Notes under the pieces: model-generated | Seen by the model: only the letters and a program-made list of their open reading frames with translations | Database searches by the model: none | What the model was told of the DNA's origin: nothing | Origin: a virus | Strand: one strand, 5' to 3' | DNA length: 64,000 nt | IMG/VR virus record: IMGVR_UViG_3300037264_003213 | Span: 1 to 64,000 of that record | Position numbers and translations under genes: made by a program | Part shown: one piece after another, positions 10,784 to 20,982 of the stretch | Layout: the number at the start of each line of letters is the position of its first letter | Position numbering within the stretch: position 1 is the first letter of the stretch

Positions 10784-11298
10784 ACCAGTCCATATATAAA
10801 ATGCCATCGGTTATTATCTTTATGTTTGCCGTCATTCACTTCTTCCAAATAAAGGTATAAATCTTCCCAACAACCAAACATGCATTCGTGGGGTACTATA
10901 CCATAATACCAAAAAGGTAGATATTCTTTTGGGCGGTTACAAACAAGCAAAGTTGGTTTTTTAGAATTAACGGAATTTATTATTTCATGACATGATCCTG
11001 TAGTTGGAACAGCATAAGGCAAATAAGCAATTAAAAAATCTGATCTGTCTAGAAGGCAGAGGTCTTTTCTAACAAAATTTTTTGCTACTTTTCTAATTGT
11101 TTTATAATCGGCTTCTTCTCTTGCTTTTTTAAGTACAGATGTCCATTGTTGTTTTGGATCATCAAATGGATCAAACACATGTAATCCAAATCTGTTTGTA
11201 AGATTTTTTTTTGGCTCTATGCGCCAGTTTGGTCCATCGCCAAACTCAATAGCTCCAGATAAATATACTCTAAAATTTTTAAGAATAGACATTATCAA
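10780..11298 (-). CDS. Nucleoside 2-deoxyribosyltransferase / nucleotide N-glycosidase-like protein
   Basis: VYLSGAI..WR, FDP, DL..LDRSDFLIAYL, GSCHEI..KKP motifs. Confidence 0.8.
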   Translation of the reverse strand: MIMSILKNFRVYLSGAIEFGDGPNWRIEPKKNLTNRFGLHVFDPFDDPKQQWTSVLKKAREEADYKTIRKVAKNFVRKDLCLLDRSDFLIAYLPYAVPTTGSCHEIINSVNSKKPTLLVCNRPKEYLPFWYYGIVPHECMFGCWEDLYLYLEEVNDGKHKDNNRWHFIYGLV

Positions 11299-12178
11299 GT
11301 CTCCTGCTGAATACCTTGTATGTCATAGGTTCAGCAATATCGTGTTTAATTAAATTTATAAACTTTTGACGACAATGATTGGACACAATGATATACCGAT
11401 ACCCATTATATACGGCTATTCTTGTGTCTATTTCAAATTTACCATAAAACCATTTTTTAATCAAGGCATGTTCTGATTCTGAAAAACAACAAGTGCAAAT
11501 TCTTAATGATAGTCCTTCATTGCAATTACATCCGTCATCCATAAACCAAACCGCCACTGATAAGGGCGTCAATTTGTTCAAAATTTTTTCAGTGATTATT
11601 TTAACATTGCTAAGATAAAACTCATTGCGTAAATTTGTAAAAAAAGGATGATAAAAAGTAGAAAAACTCCATCGCCCATTTTTTGTTTTAATTGGGTTCT
11701 TAATACATAAAGATTTTAGTTCATTAAATTTCCAAAATAAATATTTCTTTTGTTTTAAGCCGTGTAATAATCTTAAAGATTTATTTACAGAACATTTCTC
11801 ATTGGTAATTGAACCATCTCCTAACATGGTGCCGTATATTATTTCTATTTGTCTTTCTGTGGGTTGACAAACATGCCTTTCAAAACGATTAATCGCTGCA
11901 ATGCCATACTTTTTTCGTGTTATAAAAACTCTGCCAAGAGTAATATTATATATTTTAGCGATCTCTTCATCAGTTTTAAGTTCTTTACAATACAGTCTAA
12001 CTAAATCATCTTTTGAAATCGTACTACGATTAGATTTTATTTCCAATCTTTTTCTAGCATTAAATACACTTTTCCAGCCGACGTTTAATAAACTTGCTAT
12101 CTGTTGGTCTGTTTTGTGCTGATTGTAATACAAGTGTTCTAATTCACTTTTGTTCAAAGTTATTTTTATTTTACCCAT
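11279..12178 (-). mobile_element. Free-standing LAGLIDADG homing endonuclease with N-terminal HTH repeats
   Basis: IIYGTMLGDGSI and LTPLSVAVWFMDDG motifs; two N-terminal LY...KTD..IA HTH repeats. Confidence 0.9.
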
Positions 12179-12238
12179 GTGACTATGATAGTGTGACAGA
12201 TTTGTTTATATGATATATTACTAACCAGGAGACAATAA

Positions 12239-12928
12239 ATGTCAAGTAATCATGAACTTTTTGAGAAAATTGATAAGGTGTTGGAAAATGCACCTGAAAA
12301 TAGACACAGTTATTACCAGCTAAAATACCTAGTGCTGGGTAAAGAGCCTACCACACAAGCCCAATTATGGCAATGCCTGCGGGAATTACAGTCTCGTAGA
12401 GACACCATCGAGACAATAAAACTTCAGGTTGAAGACAGTAAAGATGAAATCGAATTAATGAAAATCGACCATGAGAAGTTCTACGCAAATGATGATGTAA
12501 CATATCAAAATGCTAAAATGGGTGATATCTGCAAGCGTGAAAAGACCATTAAACACAGAAGATTAAAAAGAAAAGAAGAATCCATTTTGAAGAATATAAA
12601 TAAGCTTGAGAAAAAATTGCAATTTGAAATTCAAGAGGCGCAATTCTTTCTCCAGGCGTTTGATAGTTTACAGAAAGTAGAGCAATTAAAAGATTATGAT
12701 GACTATGACGCTCAAAAAGAATTGTGGGAAGCCAAGATTACAGAGGAATTAAATCTTAGGATTTTAACCAGACAGCCACTGCCGCCTGATTTACTTAAAA
12801 CGGCTTTGTCTCTACATAAGGAGTCTGCAATTAAAGAGCAGGTAGTGACATTCTTGGAAAACCGTAAGTTAGAGTACGAAAAGGAGAATAATGCAAGACA
12901 ACAAGTTGACCATAAACAAAGCATCTGA
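12239..12928 (+). CDS. Hypothetical coiled-coil protein
   Basis: AGGAG RBS; K/E/Q-rich helical 229-aa ORF leading the PKD operon. Confidence 0.7.
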   Translation: MSSNHELFEKIDKVLENAPENRHSYYQLKYLVLGKEPTTQAQLWQCLRELQSRRDTIETIKLQVEDSKDEIELMKIDHEKFYANDDVTYQNAKMGDICKREKTIKHRRLKRKEESILKNINKLEKKLQFEIQEAQFFLQAFDSLQKVEQLKDYDDYDAQKELWEAKITEELNLRILTRQPLPPDLLKTALSLHKESAIKEQVVTFLENRKLEYEKENNARQQVDHKQSI

Positions 12929-13886
12929 AGCTGGGCAGTTATCCGTATTTCCCAAGGCTAAAGACACTCCTTTCAACCTACATTATGCTACTAATAAAGC
13001 TCAAGATACACTCAAGCACACATTAACAAACAATGGGAAATATATAGTTTTAAACGATGCTAGCAGTTTCCCCCAAAGCGGCATAATCAAGATTACTTCA
13101 GCCACATCTGACAACTTATTAACTACTAACGAGGTTATTTTCTACGGCAGGAAAGTTGGCGATCAACTGCATTTACTCCATCGGGGTTATAGTGGCACAA
13201 CTGCACATAATTGGCCTTCGGGGAGCAAAGCAACATGCCCGCTGATGGCGGAACACCACAATGTAATCAAAGACGCAATATTAAAAATACAAAAGAAGAT
13301 TGGCCTAAAAGAAAGTCCAGCCGATGATTCTATCAACGGGATTTTGAATTATTTGGAGAATAAGTGGTTGGCACCGAAACCAGTTTTTAGGAGTTATCCA
13401 AGAATGGGTGCCTCCCCATTAATTGTAACTTTCCATAATTTTTCTACTGGCTACGGCGGCAGATATTTATGGGACTTTGGAGATGGAGAAACAAGTGGCG
13501 AACAACATCCAATCCACACTTACATGGCAGAAGGAAAATATACGGTCAGATTAACAATGACTTCTGTAAATAATGGTCAAGGTTTAGCGGAGAAGCCTGA
13601 CTATATAGAAGTAAATAATGAACAACTCCCTTCTTTCTTTTATGTCACCCCACTTCAGGGGCCAGCAAGCACAGAATTCACGTTAGTAGATCAAAGTGAC
13701 GGTAATATAGTTGAAAGGCATTGGTTCTTTGGGGATGGCACTGATGTTACTATCTCTAACCCTAATTTACATGGTGTTACTCATAAATATGTCAAATCAG
13801 GAATTTATCAACCATCACTAATTGTGAGATTAGCGGACAACAAAATTAAGAAGGTAATATTACCAGAAGGAATAGAAGTTTTATGA
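12891..13886 (+). CDS. PKD-domain virion protein 1
   Basis: YLWDFGDG..HPIHTY..GKYTVRLT and HWFFGDG..HKY..GIY give two PKD domains. Confidence 0.85.
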   Translation: MQDNKLTINKASEAGQLSVFPKAKDTPFNLHYATNKAQDTLKHTLTNNGKYIVLNDASSFPQSGIIKITSATSDNLLTTNEVIFYGRKVGDQLHLLHRGYSGTTAHNWPSGSKATCPLMAEHHNVIKDAILKIQKKIGLKESPADDSINGILNYLENKWLAPKPVFRSYPRMGASPLIVTFHNFSTGYGGRYLWDFGDGETSGEQHPIHTYMAEGKYTVRLTMTSVNNGQGLAEKPDYIEVNNEQLPSFFYVTPLQGPASTEFTLVDQSDGNIVERHWFFGDGTDVTISNPNLHGVTHKYVKSGIYQPSLIVRLADNKIKKVILPEGIEVL

Positions 13887-15985
13887 TACCCCAGGGCAGT
13901 AATTATCCAGAAGCTTTAGACACAAACGATAATCTTTATCAAGTTCAAGATGCATTACGAGTGCCACTAGGATTTGACTATTATCCTGGTAGTGTCAGTA
14001 TTCTAGCCGATGGTGATTTAAGTAGATTCCCGACAACAGGGATTATTACTCTTGTTGAACAACAAAGCTCCCCCAAAGAACGAGCGATATCTTTATACTA
14101 CGGATCAAGGACCAATCGAGAATTCAATGATCTGGAATTGTTGCCAGATTCTATTGATGTTCTAAAACCTAAAAAGATCACGATGATAACCTTACAGGCG
14201 ATGGCAAATCATCGTGAAGCCCTAAAGGATGCAATCCTGACTATTGAGAAATTTTTGGGCACCAAACATCAAATGGAAACAGAGCCGCGTGGCAATACAA
14301 TCTTTGGCAGACTAAATTTCCTTAAAAAAATCCTGTTTTCACCTAAAGCCTGGTTTGAAGCGAATCGCACTATAGGGGCTGCGCCATTCACAACTAAGTT
14401 TGTCTTTACTGGTTCTGGTAATTATGGCCCTGTTGGACAAGTAATTTATGATTGGAACTTCAACGACGAGACTATATCCACAGTCGAACCAGAAGTTGAA
14501 AAAACATTCCTTAGCCCTGGTGAGTACACAGTTTCCTTAACCGTAAAGAACTACTATGGTGAAGACACAGTGACCTTCCACAATATGGTTAAAATTAAAG
14601 GGCAAGCGCCAGAAGAAGCTACCGTTAAGTTCTTGCCTTTTCAGAATCAGATATACATGGATGATATTATACCAAAGATTAGAACACCAATTAATCAACC
14701 AGTTTTGATCGAAGTCCCACAGAAGACAATGGAAAATAAAAAGACTTTCGCGGGCGAACTAATTGATCCAAGAACAAATAAAGCAGCGGATTCAGTTACA
14801 AACTACACCTGGAGTCTCCATGATGACTTACCACACACCAATACTCACAAAACTAAAGCACTTTACACTGTGGGTGGCTTTTACGATCTAGTATTAAGAA
14901 CAGATACATCGCAAGGAGCTTATAGAATAACGACTTACGAAAACTGTATTGATGTGGTTGAGCCTACTAATCTCTGGATATGGGTAAATGAAAACAAACA
15001 AAGAGTCAGGTCTTATGAATTTGGCTTGGTTGGTGAGACTTTGAAAACTTCTAGTAACACATACGCTTTAAGAGCCAATGACAAATTCCTCGAAGGAAAT
15101 GAGAGACAAAAATTCGAATTCTGGAGAAATAATGGTTTTGCTAAGAAGACTCCGCTCAGATCAGGGGAAGGTGGAGAGGGCTTGTTGTTTTGGGCTAGCG
15201 GCAGGACTCCAGAAGATTCTACATCTGCTGAACAAATATACTTTACTACTTACAATGGGTTCTCGGACTATTACAAAGTAGAGCATTCAGTTGCAAGACC
15301 TTGGAATTGGGCTGCATTGGTAGCAGAAAAAGATGTCTATTTCATTTATGGGACACCAACAGAAGAACCACTTCCTACTGTCTCTTTAACCAATACGTCG
15401 AAAGTAACCTATAATATCGGCAGTGGCATAACATCAAATGACTCAATAGAATATAAGAACTATAAAAACGGGGCACATGATCTCACCGTCAATCATGGAG
15501 TTTTTACATCAACCTATCAAACACCGCATGGACACTATTCTGCTTATAGAACTACTTGGAAAGATAATATTGGCTATATATTAAAGAATTCCAGCCTTGG
15601 TGAATACTTCGATTTCCAAAGTTTTTATAAGACAGAAGGTACGCTTGGATCACCTTTTAACAATATCGTAAAACTACCTGACATGCCTGGAGATAGTAAT
15701 AAAGAGGGTTCTTTAGTAGCTTTGAACAATGGTGTTTATTTCTTTAACAACCACGGCAACACTTATTGTTTTAATACTACAAGTGGTGCATGGGAATCAG
15801 TAAATTCTCATAATAAAATTGCAAGGAGTGAATTAAATAGTTTATTGGCCGCTTCAGATTTGGAATCAAAGGCATATGTAAATATAGAAGACACATCTTT
15901 CTTCAAGTTTAATGAAATAGACATGTCCTACGTCACATTTAATCATGGATCGCTAAATAAGCAATGGTTAATGTCAATTTTTTGA
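13883..15985 (+). CDS. PKD-domain virion protein 2
   Basis: YDWNFND..PGEYTVSLTVKNYYG plus a second degenerate PKD; C-terminal beta-rich region. Confidence 0.8.
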   Translation: MIPQGSNYPEALDTNDNLYQVQDALRVPLGFDYYPGSVSILADGDLSRFPTTGIITLVEQQSSPKERAISLYYGSRTNREFNDLELLPDSIDVLKPKKITMITLQAMANHREALKDAILTIEKFLGTKHQMETEPRGNTIFGRLNFLKKILFSPKAWFEANRTIGAAPFTTKFVFTGSGNYGPVGQVIYDWNFNDETISTVEPEVEKTFLSPGEYTVSLTVKNYYGEDTVTFHNMVKIKGQAPEEATVKFLPFQNQIYMDDIIPKIRTPINQPVLIEVPQKTMENKKTFAGELIDPRTNKAADSVTNYTWSLHDDLPHTNTHKTKALYTVGGFYDLVLRTDTSQGAYRITTYENCIDVVEPTNLWIWVNENKQRVRSYEFGLVGETLKTSSNTYALRANDKFLEGNERQKFEFWRNNGFAKKTPLRSGEGGEGLLFWASGRTPEDSTSAEQIYFTTYNGFSDYYKVEHSVARPWNWAALVAEKDVYFIYGTPTEEPLPTVSLTNTSKVTYNIGSGITSNDSIEYKNYKNGAHDLTVNHGVFTSTYQTPHGHYSAYRTTWKDNIGYILKNSSLGEYFDFQSFYKTEGTLGSPFNNIVKLPDMPGDSNKEGSLVALNNGVYFFNNHGNTYCFNTTSGAWESVNSHNKIARSELNSLLAASDLESKAYVNIEDTSFFKFNEIDMSYVTFNHGSLNKQWLMSIF

Positions 15986-16006
15986 TATATAGTATAAAGG
16001 AGTAAG

Positions 16007-19000
16007 GTGGCAATAGGGATACCGAAACCAGTATATCCATTAGCGATAGATTCGGACTACACGCTGTTTAGAGTTAAAAACAGCACACAGGCCACATTGT
16101 CTAAAGATTTAGAAAAAACCAGCGAAATAATAGAAATTACTCCGCAAGACGCCAATGCTACAGAGATATGGTCTGAAAACGGTTTTGTTACTATTGTTGA
16201 TGAATTGATATACTATGATGCAGTAGAGCTAGATGAGAACGCCAAAGTAAACCAGCTTAAAGATTGTATTCGTGGAGTAGAAGGACAACCAGACTTTTAC
16301 CATTTGGGCACCCCTATAGCATCAAACGTAGTTGCACAAACTCACAATCAATTAGTTGATGCGATCATGGCGATTGAAGAAGCTATAGGCGACATTGGCG
16401 ATGTTTTGAAAATAGGGCCACAGCTTAAAGAACAACAAACCGTTAGAAAAAACCTGCTATCACCAGCCAAGACACAAGCTCTTTCAATGGCTGCTGCTCC
16501 TGACGCCTTGTTTGCAGCCCCACTCAATGCGTCTCTATCATCAATGGTGGGTTGTTGCCCGCAAGTGGGCGATGATGCTTGTCCAGATGTTGAATTTGAA
16601 TTTAATATGGCAGGCACCCTTGGGGAATTTTGCATTAGAATCTTCGGAAATTATAATTCCTTTGAACTTGATTTTGGTGATGGAACTAAAGAAAATACAC
16701 AACTATCGGGTGTCCACCAATATGCAGGCTCTGGACCCTTCAATCCAACGGTAACAGTCTGTGCGCCGAATTGTTGCATTGTCCAAATGCCAACACCACC
16801 TAATGAATTTTGTTGTGGCGTTAATTTACCAAATCCATCGGTGCCATTTGTTGTCTATATACCTGATATACCAGCATTCCCGCAATTTATAGCTCCAAAG
16901 CAGATTTGCCCTGGACCGTTATTCAATCTGCCGCCAATTTTATTTCCAGAGGTCAATTTATGCCCTTCTGGTATACCTTCTGTTGCGTCCTGCTGCCCAA
17001 GCCTAATTGTTTCAATAATTGAGGTGTGTAAAACTCCTCAAATCATCCAAATTGTCAGTCCTTGTAAAATCAGCGTTATTTCCTTGGATGGTTGTCACAT
17101 CCCTAGCGTTATTTCGCTAATTGGATGCTGTATGCCTAGTGTCGTCTCTTTCGACGTGGTTGTAGACTTAAGTATAGAACCTATTTGCTTCTGCGAACCA
17201 CCAAGCTTCAACGTAATTAGCTTTGCGCCATTCCCAAACATTGAAAGAGTATCTTTTGATATAGTAGTAGACTTAAGTATAGAGCCTGTTTGCTTCTGCG
17301 AACCACCAAGCTTTAAATGTATTAGTTTCTGCGATGTGCCAAGCTTTGATGTAATTAGCTTCGCTCCGTTCCCAAACATTGGAAGGGTGTCTTTTGACGT
17401 AGATATTAATTTAAGTATAGAACCAGTTCGCTTCTGTGAACCACCAAACTTTAATTGTATTAGTTTCTGTGATGTTCCAAGCTTTCAATGTATTAGTTTC
17501 TGTGATGTTCCAAACTTTAATTGTATTAGTTTCTGCGAAGTGCCAAAATTTGATGTAATTAGCTTCGCTCCGTTCCCAAACATTGGAAGGGTGTCTTTTG
17601 ACGTAGATATTAATTTAAGCCTAGAGCCAGTTCGCTTCTGCCAACCACCAAGCTTTCAATGCATTAGTTTCTGTGAAGTGCCAAGCTTTCAATGTATTAG
17701 TTTCTGCACACCGCCAAACTTTGACGTAATTAGTTTTGCACCATTCCCAAACATTGAAAGGGTATCATTTGATATAGTGGTAGATTTAAGCATAGAGCCA
17801 GTTTGCTTCTGTGAACCACCAAGCTTTGATGTAATTAGTTTTGCTCCATTCCCAAGTATAGAAAGAGTATCATTTGACGTAGTTGTAGACTTGAGCATAG
17901 AACCTATTTGCTTCTGCGAACCACCAAGTTTTGCGCCAATTGGCATATCAGTAGATTTATCATTTGAGCCTGTTTGTTTCTGCGAACCACCAAGCTTCGA
18001 TGTAATTAGCTTTGCGCCATTCCCAAACATTGAAAGAGTGTCTTTTGACGTAGATATTAATTTAAGCCTAGAGCCTGTTTGTTTCTGCGAACCACCAAGC
18101 TTCGATGTAATTAGCTTTGCGCCATTTCCAAGTATAGAAAGAGTATCATTTAACGTAGTTGTAGATTTGAGTATAGACCCTGTTTGCTTCTGTGAACCAC
18201 CAAATTTTAATTGTATTAGTTTCTGTCCACTGCCAATATTTAATTGTATAAGCTTCTGTGCATTCCCAAGTATTGGTCCAGTTCACTTTGACGTAGATAT
18301 TAATTTAAGCATAGAACCAGTTCGCTTTTGTGAACCACCAAACTTTCAATGCATTAGTTTCTGCAATGTTCCAAACTTTAATGTAATTAGTTTTGCACCA
18401 TTCCCAAGTATTGGTCCAGTTCACTTTGACGTAGATATTAATTTAAGCCTAGAGCCAGTTCGCTTCTGCCAACCACCAAGCTTTCAATGTATTAGTTTCT
18501 GCAATGTTCCAAACTTTGATGTAATTAGTTTTGCACCATTCCCAAATATTGGAAGGGTGTCTTTTGACGTAGATATTAATTTAAGCCTAGAGCCAGTTCG
18601 CTTCTGCCAACCACCAAGCTTTCAATGCATTAGTTTCTGTGAAGTGCCAAGCTTTCAATGTATTAGTTTCTGCACACCGCCAAACTTTGACGTAATTAGC
18701 TTTGCGCCATTCCCAAACATTGAAAGGGTGTCATTTGACGTAGTGGTAGATTTAAGCATAGAGCCAGTTTGCTTCTGTGAACCACCAAGTTTTAATGTAA
18801 TTAGTTTTGCACCATTCCCAAGTATAGAAAGAGTATTATTTGACGTAGTTGTAGATTTGAGTATAGAACCTGTTTGCTTCTGTGAACCACCAAGTTTTGC
18901 GCCAATTGGCATATCAGTAGATTTAACATTTGAGCCTATTTGCTTCTGCCAACCACCAAGTTTTGCGCCAATTGGCATATCAGTAGATTTAACATTTGAG

Positions 19001-20155
19001 CCTATTTGCTTCTGCCAACCACCAAACTTTAATTGTATTAGTTTCTGTCCACCGCCAATATTTAATTGTATAAGCTTCTGTGCATTCCCAAGTATTGGTC
19101 CAGTTCACTTTGACGTAGATATTAATTTAAGCCTAGAGCCAGTTCGCTTTTGTGAACCACCAAGTTTTGCGTGCATTAATTTCTGCAATGTTCCAAACTT
19201 TAATTGTATAAGCTTCTGTGCATTCCCAAGTATTGGTCCAGTTCACTTTGACGTAGATATTAATTTAAGCCTAGAGCCAGTTCGCTTTTGTGAACCACCA
19301 AGCTTTAATTGTATTAGTTTCTGCAATGTTCCAAGCTTCGACACATGCATTAGTTTCTGTCCACCACCGACATTCCCGTGCATTGGTTTCTGTCCACCAC
19401 CGACATTCCCGTGCATTGGTTTCTGTCCACTACCGACATTCCCGTGCATTAACTTCTGTCCACTACCGACATTCCCGTGCATTAGTTTCTGTCCACCACC
19501 GACTATTATTGTAGATTGGGGGACACCACCTGTTGTACTTGTTAGTATTATATGCCCAGAGACTACCCCTCCTGTTCCATTTGCGATGAGGGGAGGCTTC
19601 CAGGTCGGGCCAACGATGAGTCCACCTGATGAAGAAGACAGTAATAGCATTCCAATCACCTTGAATGAGTTATTGCCTTCGGAGATCAAATTGATTGTTC
19701 CGAAGATCGACAATATTAAAGTGATGCATGATATTCCAAAAGAAATTTTCTTGCGGGGTAATCTGCCAGAAGAAATTAGAATAATTGGGCCAAGTCAACC
19801 AATACCAGACGCCATTATTATTCGAGGTGATATTCCGAAGAGTATTGAACTCATTCATAGTTTTCCAGACAGGATTAAACTTGATGCTACTGATATTCCT
19901 CGCAAAATTTTGGTCGAGCCTGCACCTAATTTCCCAAGTGTTCTTAAACTGGAAATAACAGGGATGCCGCAGACTCTACAGGTTACGGGCATACCAAAAA
20001 CCATCGAAATTATTGAAAATATTCCAAGAACTATTCAATTAGTGATGCCTGAGAATCCAGAAGTAATAATGAAGTGGAACGGTATTCCAGTAGAATTAAA
20101 ACCAAGTCCAGATTTAGAAAAATTGTTAGCTAACTTAGTTATTCCGCAGAGATAA
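16007..20155 (+). CDS. Large PKD + Cys/Pro/Phe-rich repeat protein (putative fibre)
   Basis: AAGGAG RBS and GTG start. LDFGDG..HQY PKD motif, about 800 aa of 11-13-aa repeats, and C-terminal IPxxI repeats. Confidence 0.8.
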   Translation: MAIGIPKPVYPLAIDSDYTLFRVKNSTQATLSKDLEKTSEIIEITPQDANATEIWSENGFVTIVDELIYYDAVELDENAKVNQLKDCIRGVEGQPDFYHLGTPIASNVVAQTHNQLVDAIMAIEEAIGDIGDVLKIGPQLKEQQTVRKNLLSPAKTQALSMAAAPDALFAAPLNASLSSMVGCCPQVGDDACPDVEFEFNMAGTLGEFCIRIFGNYNSFELDFGDGTKENTQLSGVHQYAGSGPFNPTVTVCAPNCCIVQMPTPPNEFCCGVNLPNPSVPFVVYIPDIPAFPQFIAPKQICPGPLFNLPPILFPEVNLCPSGIPSVASCCPSLIVSIIEVCKTPQIIQIVSPCKISVISLDGCHIPSVISLIGCCMPSVVSFDVVVDLSIEPICFCEPPSFNVISFAPFPNIERVSFDIVVDLSIEPVCFCEPPSFKCISFCDVPSFDVISFAPFPNIGRVSFDVDINLSIEPVRFCEPPNFNCISFCDVPSFQCISFCDVPNFNCISFCEVPKFDVISFAPFPNIGRVSFDVDINLSLEPVRFCQPPSFQCISFCEVPSFQCISFCTPPNFDVISFAPFPNIERVSFDIVVDLSIEPVCFCEPPSFDVISFAPFPSIERVSFDVVVDLSIEPICFCEPPSFAPIGISVDLSFEPVCFCEPPSFDVISFAPFPNIERVSFDVDINLSLEPVCFCEPPSFDVISFAPFPSIERVSFNVVVDLSIDPVCFCEPPNFNCISFCPLPIFNCISFCAFPSIGPVHFDVDINLSIEPVRFCEPPNFQCISFCNVPNFNVISFAPFPSIGPVHFDVDINLSLEPVRFCQPPSFQCISFCNVPNFDVISFAPFPNIGRVSFDVDINLSLEPVRFCQPPSFQCISFCEVPSFQCISFCTPPNFDVISFAPFPNIERVSFDVVVDLSIEPVCFCEPPSFNVISFAPFPSIERVLFDVVVDLSIEPVCFCEPPSFAPIGISVDLTFEPICFCQPPSFAPIGISVDLTFEPICFCQPPNFNCISFCPPPIFNCISFCAFPSIGPVHFDVDINLSLEPVRFCEPPSFACINFCNVPNFNCISFCAFPSIGPVHFDVDINLSLEPVRFCEPPSFNCISFCNVPSFDTCISFCPPPTFPCIGFCPPPTFPCIGFCPLPTFPCINFCPLPTFPCISFCPPPTIIVDWGTPPVVLVSIICPETTPPVPFAMRGGFQVGPTMSPPDEEDSNSIPITLNELLPSEIKLIVPKIDNIKVMHDIPKEIFLRGNLPEEIRIIGPSQPIPDAIIIRGDIPKSIELIHSFPDRIKLDATDIPRKILVEPAPNFPSVLKLEITGMPQTLQVTGIPKTIEIIENIPRTIQLVMPENPEVIMKWNGIPVELKPSPDLEKLLANLVIPQR
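17140..19505 (+). repeat. Intragenic tandem array of 33/39-bp repeat units
   Basis: Recurring units such as tgtattagtttctg, gtaattagctttgcgccattcccaa, tttgacgtagatattaatttaagc and gcttctgtgaaccaccaa. Near-identical long blocks start at about 17582 and 18548. Confidence 0.95.
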
Positions 20156-20157
20156 AC

Positions 20158-20982
20158 ATGACAATTAAAAAACACATAAACAAGAATGAATATTGCTTGT
20201 CAAAGTCTGGCCATTGGGTTAGAAACTTTTCTAATCAATTTGTTAAACCAATTGATATTAATGATATCACACCATTAGAAGATATAAAGTTGATACTTGA
20301 AAATGAATTCAAGAACAGTATAAAAAGATATCAAATTATGGAGGATACGATACATGAGAAGGCAGTAATTATTGGGGACGGTTACGGGTTTGAGGAAAGT
20401 GTTAAAGCAATCGAAGACCTTCCGCCTGAAGTCATGGTAATCGGAGTGAATAAAGCCTTTGCCAAATGGACAAGCCAAAGGCGGCTCAATTACTATGTAG
20501 TAAATAATCCATATCAGGATTGTTTATACTATTATCCACAAATTATAACATCATGGCCAACATGCATTGCATCAATAAGAACCAACGCTCATTTCTTGGA
20601 AATATATAAAGGTTTATTATATATTTACTCTCCTGTGAGTGGGGAGATATACAGCGGGCCACATGACGAAAAAACTTACTTTGTTGATGATTATAGAAAC
20701 TCTATTTGTGCTGCAATTGGGTTGTGTCACAAATTTAAAGTTAGAAAATTAATGATGATGTCCACACTGGAAATGTATAAAGAGGAACGATCTGGAACGG
20801 TGTCTGTCAAGGATGGATTGTGGACTTATCCACAACAGAAAATAGCACATGACTTAATCGACGCCAATCTTTATTGGATGCAAAAGGCAAAAATTGATGT
20901 AGGCTACACTAACTCAGGTCTAGATTATGAGTTTGCTACATATATAAATCTAGCTGATTTGAAAAGGTTTTTTAATGGATAA
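20158..20982 (+). CDS. Maf/MptE-like (sialyltransferase-fold) putative glycosyltransferase
   Basis: KAVIIGDGYG..VIGVNKAF..YYVVNNP..NSICAAIGL..KVRKL resembles the Maf_flag10/GT42-like layout. Confidence 0.55.
   Translation: MTIKKHINKNEYCLSKSGHWVRNFSNQFVKPIDINDITPLEDIKLILENEFKNSIKRYQIMEDTIHEKAVIIGDGYGFEESVKAIEDLPPEVMVIGVNKAFAKWTSQRRLNYYVVNNPYQDCLYYYPQIITSWPTCIASIRTNAHFLEIYKGLLYIYSPVSGEIYSGPHDEKTYFVDDYRNSICAAIGLCHKFKVRKLMMMSTLEMYKEERSGTVSVKDGLWTYPQQKIAHDLIDANLYWMQKAKIDVGYTNSGLDYEFATYINLADLKRFFNG

Noticed and set aside
17140-19505. CRISPR array
   Set aside because: No unique spacers. Units are multiples of 3 within one open frame and vary mainly at synonymous or conservative positions.
17140-19505. 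Diversity-generating retroelement TR/VR pair
   Set aside because: Differences between copies are not adenine-specific and no reverse transcriptase is in the window.
17095-19713. Antisense ORFs in the repeat region (also 28592-29107, 45986-46432, 53161-53838)
   Set aside because: Shadows of repetitive or codon-biased sense genes with no independent support.
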